From Okamejei kenojei (Eukaryota), in the NCBI GenBank assembly GCA_035221665.1, contig CM069165.1, positions 18,352,001-18,416,000 of the forward strand: a DNA stretch of 64,000 nucleotides, written 5' to 3'. The position numbers and the translations under genes are program-made. Below are positions 40,827-53,373 of this stretch, piece by piece. Numbering within the stretch: position 1 is the stretch's first letter; the number at the start of each line of letters is the position of its first letter. The notes beneath the pieces are model-generated. The model saw only the letters and a program-made list of their open reading frames with translations. It did no database searches and was not told where the DNA came from.

Positions 40827-41568
40827 TACAAAGCTATAAAACATAAATCCTGGAAATATGCAGATCAAACAGCATCTCTGACAAAAAAGTAGCTTGTATT
40901 TCAGATCAATAATTATTTATTTGTATTTTCCTTTTATGCTTTGACACTTTCCATTGGCAATGCAAACCTAACAGATTAAAATTCATGTAATGCAACATAT
41001 TAATGTCCACACAAAATTGAAATAGCTTGCCTGACCCATAATAAGATAACCAAAAACACAAAGATTTAAGGCAGGATATGCTGGAAATTGACTTTAGGTC
41101 AACCACAGTTCTAAATTGAGACAAAAAAATCTCATGCCTTTCAGTGGTATAGCTTTCATTGTAGCTAAAGATAAGAAAAGTTGACTAATACAGCAGCTCT
41201 TACAACTTCAGAAAATGTCAAGTGGAATAGGCTCTTGGTGTGAAAATTAGTAATTACCAGGTGGATCAAGAATAAAGGTGGGTCACATAAAATGAGAAGG
41301 CATGAGGAATAGGGGGACTTTAATTATAGACACAAGCTCAGACACTGGAGTTCCCCAAATCTTAACTATAGCTGATTTGTGAAGGTATTTACCAGTAGCG
41401 GTAAATAAATAGTTGGTTTCAACTTCTGCCTTGTTCCTTGCATGCTATTGGTGTTGAGGGTGAAGGAGCAAGGGGAAAGGGGCTTGTGAGGACACTTTGT
41501 CATAATTTAAAAATCTGTCTGAGACCACAAATAGTTTGTACTGCCTCAGTGGAAAATTGCCCAAGTTA

Positions 41569-42127
41569 AGGGCCTGTCCCACTTGGGCGACCTAATCCGC
41601 GAGTTCTGGCGAGTTTGTCCTCGACTCATACTCGCTGCATGGTTGACAAGATGTCGTAGGAGGTCTTCGTAACTCTCCTTCATGCTCGAGAGTACTCCCC
41701 GTGTACTCGAGGCCTCAGATAGGTCGCGGTGTTTTTTCAATATGTTAAAAAATGCTAACAAGTAAAAAAAGGTCGCCATGGAAACAATCTACTTTTTTTA
41801 CTCGTAGGTTTAGTCGCAGTAGGTCGTAGAAGGTCAGCATGTTAGTCGTAAGTAATCGAGGGTAGTGAAAGGATGTCGAAGGTAGTCATAGATAGTCTTC
41901 ATCATAGTGAAGGGAGGTCGAAGGGAGATCGAAGGAGGCCGTCTTCACTCTCCACTATTCGTTGTCCAATTGTCCCAAAGTTAGTCGTAGCTAGTCGTGC
42001 CTAGTCAAAGCTGGTCTTCAACATAGTCGAAGGAGGTCTTCTACATAGTCGAAGGAGGTCTTCAACATGTCATTTTTTCAAACTCTTCTAAACTCGCCAA
42101 TTAGGTCGCCCAAGTGGGACAGCCCCT
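41569..42127. mobile_element. PIF/Harbinger non-autonomous element (MITE)
   Basis: 28-bp TIRs AGGG(C/G)CTGTCCCACTTGGGCGACCTAAT with 1 mismatch; TTA TSD at 41566-41568 and 42128-42130; internal tagtcgaagg-type short repeats. Confidence 0.9.
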
Positions 42128-42130
42128 TTA

Positions 42131-42425
42131 AATGGTTACGTGTTCAAGATACAATTCAAAGACATGAGTACAAAGATCAATGCTGGTACACTTTTACAGA
42201 ACCAAGGAGCTGCTGCAAAGCTAGGACTACCTTTCAGATTTGATGATAAGCAAGCACTTTGAGCTCTTGTAGCTCAATTTAAAAAAAAATGCTCTCTGTC
42301 AATATCGCTAAAAGAGTATCACATGACTAGTTGAGGGATCTTGCTGTGTGAAACTGACTTCCAGCAACCATAAAATGTGTCGCAATCTCTTGAAAGGTAC
42401 AATTTAAATCAAAATCCTTTTTTAT
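42131..42425 (+). mobile_element. DeuSINE-like relic whose head (~41540-41565) is split off by the Harbinger MITE
   Basis: gacatgagtacaaagatcaatgctg...ctttcagatttgatgataa...gggatcttgctgtgtgaaactgact. Confidence 0.45.
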
Positions 42426-43331
42426 GCAGTTCACGGACCCAATGATGCCACCAAGTAAAAAATTATTTATAAGATGTCCTATGCTTTTTCTTTTTGTACT
42501 GAACTTTTATTTTGAGAATTGTCTACCTTCAGAAAGTGAATTAACAGGACCATTGCACATTTTTTAACTTATCGTACTCAACATTACATGTCGCTGAACT
42601 GTTTAAACATTGCCTAGGAATGCCTTCTACTCGACACAGGTATGATACTTAACATCATCTCAATAAAGAATATGTTTGACAGGGCACAGAGAGAAAAAGC
42701 ATAAGAAATATGTTTTGGTTAATAGAAATTTCACACGTCAACATCATTATGTGTTTTGATGCACTCTTAAATGTCACTATTTTAATGGTATTTTAACATC
42801 GTATTGCAGTCAACGCTTATTAATCTGTGCTTGATTAACCTTGGTTCTTAAATTATGACAAATATGACATTACACTCTGCTTACTGAATCTTTCTTAATT
42901 TCTGCACCAATGTACGAATATACGGTCCTAATAAAGCAGCAAAATACGCTAATGATGTCACGTCATCAATCCTTCCTCATGATTTCTCTGGATGGCTGAC
43001 TATCCTCAAGGGACGCAATATGGACATATTCACTGCCTTAATTAAATGGATTTTTGTGACTTAATTAGAATACCAACTAAGCAAATCAGCTACAGAGATG
43101 ACTTTTATCTAACCGAATTGTATGCCCACTATAATTGCAAATTGGTTAACCCTCTGATTCCAGGGAGTTTAAAGTCCTCCATTGAAAGATTCAAATTAGA
43201 TATAGACTCCATATTCCAGAAGTGGTGGGGCTCACCTGACCTCTTTTAGAAGTGCATCACAAGAAGATCAAATAACTAAATTAAATATACTTTTGTACAA
43301 GTGTATCCAAAACATTTTAAGACCCATCAAT

Positions 43332-43636
43332 GGCAACACAGTGGTGTAGAGGTAGAGCTACAATGTTACAGTGCCAGGAACCCGGGTTCGATCCTGACCA
43401 TGGATGCTGTCTGTACGGAGTTTGTATGTTCTCCCCGTGACTTGCGTGGACCTTTCCAGATCTTTGGTTCCCTCCCACACTTCAAAGATGTATAGGTTTG
43501 TAGATTAATCGGCATAAATGTAAATAATTGTTCCTCATGTGTGTAAGGAAGTGTTAATGTGCAGGGATCGCTGGTTGGTGCAGACTCGGTGGGCCAAAGG
43601 GCATGTTTCCGTGTTGTATCTCTAAACTAAACTAAA
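43332..43636 (+). mobile_element. HE1-type V-SINE
   Basis: B box ggttcgatcc, V domain, tail ...tgtatctctaaactaaactaaa. Confidence 0.88.
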
Positions 43637-43924
43637 GTGACCAAGCAATCTTATCCATTCTATGCAGTAGGCCTAAAAGCAACATGCTTTGAACTTGGTA
43701 ATGCTTATCCAAAATTGCTCTGTGAATGGAGGCAATTCCAGTGCCAAATATGGTTCATGAGTGATACAGAATATCTACCTATGCCATAACATTTATTTCT
43801 AATCAATCTCACAAACAATCTCTTCAAAGTTTTATTTTCATGGTTAAATGGGTTCTAAATTAATCGAAAATTTAAAAAACTCGAAATCTGCAGTAAAATA
43901 AAATGTTGAAAATGCTAAACGTAA

Positions 43925-44106
43925 AAGTGATTGCAGGTGCTGGAATTTGCAGGTTAAGTAGCATCTCTTGAGGTTAAAGGTACATGTTGATGTTAAAGGT
44001 CGGGATTCTGCATCAGTCATGTAACAGTAGAGGAAAAACTACCAGCATGTAGCAGTGTGAAGAGGAGGTTGGACAGAGGCAGATAAATGACAGGCAAAAC
44101 CTTTTT

Positions 44107-44143
<37 letters not shown>

Positions 44144-44370
44144 GGGGGAGGTTGGGTGGTGGAATGATGAGCAGATTGAAGAAGGGGACAGAATTGGGAA
44201 AGTGAACAAAGGGAGAGCAAACCTAGGCGGATGGGGGAGCGGTCATGGAAGATCTGACCTCTGCATTGGAGATACTGAGTTTAGTCAAGGTGACCATTTT
44301 ACAAAGTCTGTGTTCTCTGTCCACAACATCTTGCTCGAGCGTCCATGCAGGTAATTTTACTCTCCCCTCC
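43925..44370 (-). mobile_element. Decayed Penelope-like 3' fragment with G33 run (44110-44142)
   Basis: Antisense tail (tgcaggtgctggaat...gcatctct) and decayed endonuclease C-terminus near 44265-44335. Confidence 0.5.
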
Positions 44371-44902
44371 TATCCCCACCCCAATCCAACCTTCTACATT
44401 GGAATATAGTGCAGCTTTTGGGAGTTCGCGGTTTGCTGACCGAATGCTGTGTTTATGATAACGACTATGTTTCAAAAGTCTTTTATTAGCTGTCGTGACT
44501 CCAATCAAATTTTTCTCCTTTCTTGAAGATGGACATGAATACAGTGCCTCCGAGATCCCCTGGCACATCTCCCTCTTTCCAAATGTAGGAGAGCAGATTA
44601 CAAATATGTGACTGAAGTTCTTTGCTGCCATATGTTGACAGTTTATCAGGGATACTAGCAGATCACATCACCCCTTCAACGTAGATCAGAGGTGATATGA
44701 AGTCAAGGGTGATCATATCACATCAAAGACAGAGCCACAGGTTTTTTTCAAACATATTCTTCTATCAGACATTAACTATTTCTCTGTACTTACGTTTACC
44801 ATTAGCCAGTGACAAGATGCTGAATGTAAAAATCACTATGAATACGGCCTCAATTACAAATTACTCGGATGAATAAACTGTCCCTCATGAGCACATTGAT
44901 GC

Positions 44903-46496
44903 TGTAGAGGTCCACGTGTTGTGTAAACACTCCGTTTAATAATTAACCGATACAGCCCCGACGCTCAAGCGCACATGCGGTTAATATTTAACTACTACCG
45001 TGTCGCCGCTCGTGAGCACACCCGAGTTAAACTCCAACCGCAACCAAGTGGCAGTCCGAAGGAGGGGATATGGTGTTGACCTCCATGCTTGGGGCTGGCC
45101 GTTGTGAACTGGGGGGGTTATGATGTCGGGGAAATCAGCCAAGATCCGGGTGTACTCGTTATCGGAGAAGGTCACCGAGCCGAGATGTGGAAGTCAATTT
45201 GGCGTGGCGCAAGGCAATCGACTCAAACGTCTCAAAATTGATGAGACGTTTTCCATTCACGTCGATCAGCAGGGAGTACGCCCAGAAGAAATTGGCGCCC
45301 AACAGCGGTTGGGAGACGTCGACGATAGTAAAGGGACACTTGAAGTGGCAGGACTTGAAGGCGAGCGGGATCGTGCAAACCATGTACGTCTTGATGTTGC
45401 TGCCGTTGGCGGCGGCCAGAGAAGGTCCCCTCTTTTCGGAACAAGTGTCGGCCCCTGATGGGGTTAAAACACTGACCTCTGCTCCGGTGTCCACGAGAAA
45501 ACGCTGTCCCGAAGGACGGTCCCAAGTGTAGAGGAGGAAATGCTTCTGGCTTGCAGCAGTAGCCATTACTGGCGGCCGGCCGAGGCGTTTCCCAGATGTG
45601 TGCAGGGTGGTCGGCAACGGTGGGCCTCGGAGGTAGTAGCACCAGGTATCTTTGCCTCACTGTCATACCTTCGGTGGAGGCTGGGACCGGCCGCTTGACC
45701 CGTAGAGGCACCGACATCATCCGACCGATGGTAGCGTCACCCTGTTGTTTTGCCTGCCACAACACGTCCGCCCAGGTAGCTAGCCGTCGGGGGTCAGTGA
45801 AATCATCGTCCGCGAGGAGCAGGCGAATTGCATCAGGCATCTGCTCGAGGAAAACCTGCTCAAACAGGAGGCAGGTCATGTATCTCCATCAAGACGAGCA
45901 GGGGTTTGGCTGCCGTGTTGCGGCGGCTGAGACCGAAAGTGCGCAAGAGGAGCGTTTTGAGGCCCTCGTACTTGCCGTCGGCTGGTGGCTGGCGAAGGTA
46001 ATCAAGGAGGCACCCGGCAGTATCCAGGTCCAGCGCACTGACCACACAGTAGTATTTGGTGACATCGACAGTGATCTGGCGAATGTGGAACAGGGCTTCA
46101 GCCTGTTCAAACCACACGTGGGGCTGTGATGTCTAGAAAGTGGGCAGTTTGATCAAAACTGCGTTCTGCTGGGCTGGGTTGTCCGCTGCACACATGATAA
46201 AATCCAAAATAGGCCGTTTTGGATCATCGGGGTCACCACAGTAGAGATCCACGTGTTGTGTAAACACACCGTTTAATCGTTAACCGATACAGCCCCGTCG
46301 CTCACGCAAGTTAATATTTAACTACTACCGTGCTGTCGTTCGTGAGCACACCAACCGCAAAATCCTTTGTCTCCAACCAGCTGACAGCCCGCCCCCTTTG
46401 ACCGCGTGATTGGTCGGACCATATTATGCTCGGTCCACACGAGAGTTCGAACCCGACCAACGACAGTTCGATACCAAAATGGCTCAGCCCGCCACA
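44903..46496 (-). mobile_element. Internally deleted Gypsy LTR retrotransposon (gag and protease only)
   Basis: 5' LTR 46240-46496 starts TG, partial 3' LTR 44903-45043 ends CA; ATGC TSD at 44899-44902 and 46497-46500; PBS TGGTGACCCCGA (46227-46238) complementary to the tRNA-Trp 3' end; gag WFEQAEALFHIRQIT...TKYYCVVSAL; protease FLVDTGAEVSV. Confidence 0.92.
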
Positions 46497-46569
46497 ATGC
46501 AATACACCCAAACAATGGTCAGTAGCTGCCTGCAACCTCTAGAACACCAGAAAGAAAATCACTGAAATA

Positions 46570-47549
46570 CAGCGCCCTCCAGAATGTTGGGGACAAAGAC
46601 CCATCATTTATTTATTTGCCTCTGTATTCCACAATTTGAGATTTGTAATAGAAAAAAACATATGTGGTTAAAGTGCACATTGTCAGATTTCATTAACGAC
46701 AATTTTTATACATTTTGATTTCACAATGTAGAAATTACAGCTGTGTTTATACATAGTCCCCCCCCCCCCATTTCAGGGCACCATAATATTTGAGACACAT
46801 GGCTTCAGGGGCGTTTGTAATGGCTCAGGTGTGTCTAATTGCCTCCTTAATGCAGGTATAAGAGAGCTCTCAGCACCTAGACTTTCCATCACCTTTGGAA
46901 ACTTTTATTGCTGTTTATCAACATGAGGACCAAAGTTGTGCCAATGATAGTCAAAGAAGCCATCATGAGACCGAGAAACAAGAATAAAATTGTTAGAGAC
47001 ATCGACCAAACCTTAGGCTTACCAAAATCAACTGTTTGGAACATCAACAAGAAGAAAGAGAGCACTGGTGAGCTTACTAATCGCAAATGGACTGACAGGC
47101 CAAGGAAGACCTCCACAGCTGATAACAGAAGAATTCTCTATATAATAAAGACAAATCACCAAACACGTGTCTGACAGATCAGAAACACTCTTCAGGAGTC
47201 AGGTGTGGATTTGTCAATGAGCAAAAAAAAGAGGATGGCCAGGTTACAGTTTGCAAAGAAGTACTTAAAAGAGCAACCATAGTTCCAGAAAAAGGTCTTG
47301 TGGACAGATGAGGCGAAGATTAACTTATATCAGTGATGGAAAGAACAAAGTATAGAGGAGAGAAAGAACTGCCCAAGATCCAAAGCATACCACTTAATCT
47401 GTGAGACAAAATGGTAGGGGTAGTATGGCCTGGACATGTATGGCTGCTGAAGGTACTGGTTCACTTATCTTCGTTGATGATACAACTGCTGATGGTAGTA
47501 GCATGGCCTGGCAGAACATCACCAGAGAAGATACCCAGCAACTGGTGAC
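46570..47549 (+). mobile_element. Tc1-family relic with intact left TIR, 3' truncated
   Basis: TA (46568-46569) then cagcgccctcc; left TIR is the reverse complement of 25892-26114; transposase start MRTKVVPM at 46923; internal deletions. Confidence 0.9.
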
Positions 47550-47559
47550 TTAAAGGACA

Positions 47560-48070
47560 TCAATATTTCAGGTGCACAAAAGGGCACAATATGCCTTGAT
47601 TCATCCTTTCTGCTAGTCTGTCTATATTTCCTGCATGTCCATCTGTATCCTCTTCAGAACTCTCACTGCACTCATGGCACAACTTTGTATCATAAGCAAA
47701 CTTTGATATGTTCCACGTTGCCCCCTCAAACACATCCTTGATATAGAATGTGAACTGCTGGGATGTAAAGCTGATCCCCATTGCACTGCACTACAACAAG
47801 CTCACTTAGCCCAAAATTTTGTTCATTCTGTTCATTAATTATTTCTCTACACCAGTATGTAACCACAAATCCCATGTGCTCTAATTTTCTTTGATTATCT
47901 CACTAAGAAGTTTGTTGAAGGTTTTCTGAAAATCTAAATGTATTATATCCACTGTCCCTATCAACTCTGCTCATTACAATCTCAAAATTCAAACACATTT
48001 TTCAAACTTTCATAAGCCTTTATTAACTTTGTCTAATTCTGTTACTATTGTTAAGTCCCCTTCAATCATC
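47560..48070 (-). mobile_element. Decayed CR1 RT fragment
   Basis: Minus ORF ...NISKFAYDTKL (decayed FADD motif). Confidence 0.65.
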
Positions 48071-49008
48071 ATCTTAACAATGAATTCTGACCTGGAGAAG
48101 GGTCTCAGCCCATAATGTCACCATATTATTCTTTTCTCCAGAGATGCTGCCTGACCCGCTGAGTTACTCCAGTTTTCTGTGCATATTTTCAAATTCAATT
48201 ATGTATTCGCCTATGTTTATCAATGCCCATGAGAATGCTGAACTGAGTCAACTTCCTTAATGAATTTCATATGAATTTCAATTGTTTACAAATACTATCA
48301 ATTAATCTAACTTCAGTATAACTTAATAAATTATTAAATAATGAAACACTTGATGAAACAAAATATGTAATTGGTAAACAAACTGGAATAACAAACTGGT
48401 TGCAATCATATTGCCTATTAAGAAGATTCTGCAGTGCAATTTTTGGCTAAAGACCAGGAACTGGTTTATTTTGGATTGTACACAATTTCCCCTTCACCAA
48501 TCTGTCACCCTTTTCCCAGAGATACACATTCATTCAATATTTTACCATCGCAAGCGTTTTATATACTCAGACACGTAATTTCTTTCACAGCACTCTATCA
48601 ATGATTAGTCCCTTTATAGCAAGATTAATCCCAGTTTTTATCAACATTCCCATATGTTAGGTTTTAAGGCATTAGTCTAATCTGTTCAAAGGGACCAGAG
48701 TTAGTCCAGATTCCACATGAATACTCAATACCAGGGGTTTTTCTTTTCATTTCATAGATTTAGCGGACAGGAAATGTTAATAAATTAATCAGTCATTTTA
48801 CACTAAACACGTTGGTTACACATATGTTGCCTGTGATTTATTTTGATTTGAATTACGTTGTAACAAGGGCTCTTCACCAAGAGATGAGAGAGCTCTTTGA
48901 TTCTAGATCAAGGGTTGTTTGCCATTTTGGATTACTAATGACAGTGAGTTAATAGTTCAGCAAATGTGAGTGAAGCATGTAATATTGTTTTCCACTATAT
49001 CCTGTATC

Positions 49009-49842
49009 CAGGCACGTGCCGTCAGGGTAGGCAAGGTAGGCAGTGCCTACCCTGACTAAAATTATAAAATAGTAATTATTTTATATATAAATATAATATA
49101 TATAAAATATATATAAAACATATATTAAAATGGTCATAAATAGTAAAGTCACGGGAGAATTATGCCTCCCTAAGAGATCAATCTCTTAGGGAGGCATAAT
49201 TTTTCCATGCCTTTCATCAGCAGTACGTTTTAAACGCGGAAGTATGTGCAACTCACGTGCCGTCGACGCTGCTTCAAGCCATCAGTGGGAACGGTCCGTA
49301 AAGGCAGCTGAAACTCTGCCTTTACACCGCGGACTGTGTGCATGTGCTGCGTTGCGCACTGCGCATGCGCAAGTTTCTTAGCGGGCTTTTCAACGGTGGA
49401 TAGTGATTACCTGAAGAGTTTCACGAAGCAACCTCATGGATATTTTTGCTGCAGAATGGATTTTGTGCACAAATAATATGGTAACTAATTTTTTTTGAGC
49501 TATATGTTTTTAAATACTTTATTAAGAGATAGGACCTATTGAAAACAAATTACATGATAAAAGTCGAGAGAACAATCTGCGCATGCGCGGTTTTCACGAT
49601 TTAAAAATAGTCGAATGACAGTTCACCGGTGAGGGAACAGTGTGCGCATGCAAGTTGTCAAGATTTAAAAAATGCCGACCGGCAGTTTACCGGGGAGGGA
49701 ACAATGTGCGCATGCACAGTTTCAAGATTTAAAAAAAGCCGACTAACAGCTCACTGGGGAGAGAATAATCTGCGCATGCGCGGTTTTCAAGATTTTTAAA
49801 AGCCACTGCCTACACTGGCTGATTACTCACGGCACGTGCCTG
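49009..49842. mobile_element. hAT-superfamily MITE
   Basis: Perfect 14-bp TIRs CAGGCACGTGCCGT and perfect 8-bp TSD CCTGTATC at 49001-49008 and 49843-49850; non-coding. Confidence 0.93.
49567..49804. repeat. ~64-bp tandem repeat (about 3.7 units) inside the hAT MITE
   Basis: TGCGCATGC recurs at 49578, 49643, 49707 and 49771, each followed by gattt and an A-run. Confidence 0.88.
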
Positions 49843-49974
49843 CCTGTATCACATGAATCCAGTTGAGTTACCCTTTTATACATTTTTCCCCAACACTGAT
49901 TGTATTTACTTGTTCAATTATCGGGTTGTCTGGAAAGACAGCTTTGAATTAGTATTGCAGTTATCCCAACTTTA

Positions 49975-50940
49975 AGTCAAGAGTCAAAAATCAAGTGTTT
50001 TATTGTCATGTGCCCCAGATAGGACAATGAAATTCTTACTTGCTGCAGCACAACAGAATACGTAAACAAAGTACATAACGGGAGAAGAAAAAAAGTTCAG
50101 TGTGTATATATACACATTCACACATACTCAATAAATAAATATAGTGCCATAATAATAATAATAATAGTATGTTATAGTTCAGAGCTTATTTGCTGTCGTG
50201 TTAAATAGCCTGATGGCTGGAGGGAAGAAGCTGTTCCTGAACCTGGTCATTACAGTTTTCAGGCTCCTGTAGCTTCTTCCCGATGGTAAAGGTAAAATGA
50301 GTGTGTGGCCAGGATGGTGTGGGTCTTTGATGATGTTGGCCACCTTTCTGAGGCAGCGACTTCGATGGATCCCTTCGATGGTGGGGAGGTCAGAGCCGGT
50401 GATGGACTGGGCAGTGGTCACAACATTTTGCAGTCTTTTCCAAGCTTGCCGAACCAAGCCACGATGCAGCCAGTCAGTATGCTCTCTACTGTGCACCTGT
50501 AGAAGTTCAAGAGAATCCTCCTTGACATATTGACTCTCCATAATCCTCTCAGGAAGTAGAAGCACTGATGTGCCTTCTTTATGATTACATCAGTGTGCTG
50601 GGTCCAGGAAAGAGCTTCAGAAATATGCACGCCCGTGAATTAAGTTTTTGACCCTCTCCACCATCGTCCCATTGATATAAACAGAGTTATGGGCCGTTAT
50701 CCTTCCCCTTCCAAAGTTCACAATCACTTCCTTGGTTTTACTGGTGTTGAGAGCCAGGTTGTTGTGCCGGCACCATTTGGTCAATCGGTCGATCTCACTT
50801 CTATACTCTGATTCATCACCATCTGTAATTCGTCCAATAACAGTGGCGTTGTCAGCGAACTTGATGATGGAGTTCGCCCTATGTCCGGCTACACAGTCAT
50901 GAGTATAGAGTGAGTAAAGCAGGGGGCAGAGACTTGAGGT
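49975..50940 (-). mobile_element. Rex1/Babar-type LINE 3' fragment
   Basis: Minus ORFs FYRCTVESILTGCIVAWFG and IIKDPHHPGHTL..LPSGRSYRS...RFRNSFFP.AIRL; (TTGACTC)-type tail at ~49975-49994. Confidence 0.88.
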
Positions 50941-51224
50941 GCTTGCATACAGATTGTTTCAGCAGATGGAAAGCTTACTTATAATTTCATGACTACAATT
51001 CTACATTGTAGATATTTCAAAATGAAACACAATGGTACAACTAAAAATTGCCTTGCTAGTATCCATTTCTCAAAGCCGCTTTGCTTTTTTTCCCCAGACA
51101 GTTTCTATGAAGGGCAATTACAGACTGGACTTATTGCATTTACATTTTTCATGTTCATATGGATTGTGTCCTTTGAATCTATAGTAAAATGTTAATAAAC
51201 AGAATAAAACCTGTTACATTACAG

Positions 51225-51657
51225 GTTGTATTGTGCATTGATTCAGTTCTGGCTTATTCATAGAAGACTGAGGATTGTGGTAGAAGGTAGATAATCTGGC
51301 TGGAGGTCTGTGATCAGTTTAGTTCTGCAGGGATCTGTGCTGGGACCCTTGCTGTTTGTGATATTTATAAATTATCTTGATGTAAATGTAGATGGGTTGG
51401 TGACTAAGTTTGCTGCAATACCAAAATTGGAGGAGTTGCAGTCAGCGAGGAAGGTTGGCATTAGATATGGTGGGATAAAGATCGGCTGCAGAAATGGCGA
51501 AGAAATGGCATATGGAAAAGTGCGAGGTATTCTACTTTGGGAGGTTGAATGTAATGGGACTGTCCCACTTAGGCGATTTTTCAGCGAACTGCCGGCAACT
51601 GTCAAGTACCTGGCAGTCGCCTGTAAAACCGGCAACTGGAACGGCGACTGTCAGTGG

Positions 51658-51697
<40 letters not shown>

Positions 51698-52035
51698 ACG
51701 CATCCTTCACCAGCCCGTTATGCAGGCGGGGGACAAGGCAAGCAGGGGGAGCGCTGTCTAAAAAATTCACATGGTGCAAAGCCAAGGTGATACAGACACA
51801 CACCGCGATGGTTGGTGCTGTAATTAAGATAGCTAGCACAGTGTACAGAACACATTGCCTGAGGTGGTGGTGGAGGCAGAGAAGATGATGGCACTTAGGA
51901 GGCTTTTGATAGGCACATGGAAGTGCAATGAATAGAGGGGGTATGGATCATGTGCAGGCAGATGAGATCAATTCAGCAAGGCACCATGTTTGGCACAAAC
52001 ATGTTTGGGCCGAAAGGTTGTTCCTGTGGTCCACT
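51225..52035 (+). mobile_element. Decayed CR1 RT/3' fragment interrupted by a Harbinger MITE piece
   Basis: [19 protein letters not shown] in ORF 51310; CR1 resumes at ~51851. Confidence 0.75.
51555..51850 (+). mobile_element. One-ended PIF/Harbinger MITE fragment containing (AC)16 at 51659-51690
   Basis: TAA then tgggactgtcccacttaggcga, same terminus family as 41569 and 54241; no right TIR. Confidence 0.75.
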
Positions 52036-52314
52036 GTTCCACCATTTGCCAGTGTAATTAATTCAGAACATATTTGGATTATACATCGCTGGGCATTGCC
52101 CAGTCTGCAAGTCCTGTCACTTCAATTCTCCACACAATTCTATTCCAGCTTTGATTTTCTATACTATTCAAGTAATACTTAACGACATCCAGAAGAAAAG
52201 AGCCTCGTCTTTCAGATAAGCCGTTTATAGTTAATGTGACTTGGTTCTTTAAATGATTTTAGATTAGAATCATTGCGTTTTCCATTTAGCAGGTATTGGT
52301 GATTTTGCTTTAAC

Positions 52315-52891
52315 GAAGAAACTGCAGATGCTGGAGAATCCAGGGTTACACAAAAAGCTGGAGGAACTCAGCGGGTGCAGCAGCATCTAAGAGGTGAAGG
52401 AGATAGGCGACGTTTCGGGTCGAGACCCTTCTTCAGACTGGTCAGGGATCAGGGAAACGAGAGATATAGACGGTGATGTGGAGAGATAAAGAACAATGAA
52501 TGAAAGATATGCAAAAAAGTATCGATGATAAAGGGAACAAGCCATTGTAAGCTGTTTGTGGTGTGAAAATGAGAAGCTAGTGCGACTAGGGTGGGGGAGG
52601 GAGATAGAGATAGAGGGAATGCCAGGGCCCGAGGGCTGAGGGAGAGGTGGGAAGGGGAGGAGACAGCAAGGGTTAACAGAATTGAGAAAATTCAATGTTC
52701 AAGCCCAAAGGATGCAGACTCCCCAAGCGGAATATGAGGTGCTGTTCCTCCAACTTGCGGTGTTGCTCACTCTGGAAGGGTCTCGACCCGAAACGTCGCC
52801 TATCTCCTTCGCTCCTTAGATGCTGCTGCACCCGCTGAGTTTCTCCAGCTTTTTGTGTAACCCTCGATTCTCCAGCATCTGCAGTTCCTTC
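52315..52891 (-). mobile_element. Penelope-like 3' fragment flanked by ~116-bp inverted tails
   Basis: Arms 52315-52431 and 52775-52891 nearly identical in inverted orientation; internal minus-strand RKLEEQHLIFRLGSLHPLGLNIEFS. Confidence 0.9.
52409..52436 (-). ncRNA. Minimal hammerhead ribozyme core on the host-gene sense strand
   Basis: Minus strand CTGAAGA-A-GGGTCTCGACCC-GAAAC-GTC. Activity untested. Confidence 0.6.
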
Positions 52892-53373
52892 TTTATCAAT
52901 TGAGTTAAATGGGTGATCCAATTCATTTAAATGGTCTGAGAAGTGTAGGGAAATCATTAGAAAATAATTTGTGCAAAGATTATATTTCACTAATGAGGAC
53001 AATTCACAGCTGTGGAGTAGCAATTTTTGGATTTGGATTAAAATAGGATAAAATTGATTTATTTTGTTCCCTTGTAATTTCCATAATCAATTTTTGCCAT
53101 GCAATTTCTAATCATGTACACCTTTCATCAGTGGAGATTTTTGCCTCATCACGCACTGACAAAATAATCTCTCCAAATTATCTCCCATATTAAGTGTAAG
53201 GATATGTTAATTACCAAGTTGGACATCATGCACAATATTGTCACTGGTTGTCACATCTAGCCATCAATCTGCTGGCTCGTCTAACCCTCCATCTCCAAGA
53301 GACTCATCTGCAGCTCTCTGATGACGGGCAACATAAAGACCATCAGAGATTACTTGGACAAGTAGCCTTCCAC

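Noticed and set aside
45596-46129. 177-aa plus-strand ORF and neighbouring plus-strand ORFs
   Set aside because: Antisense shadows of GC-rich Gypsy gag/protease.
46221-46238. tRNA-Trp fragment
   Set aside because: It is the primer-binding site of the Gypsy element.
53215-53320. Minus-strand segment faintly resembling the CCSER LDEDDLMLDV motif
   Set aside because: In-frame TGA and weak similarity.
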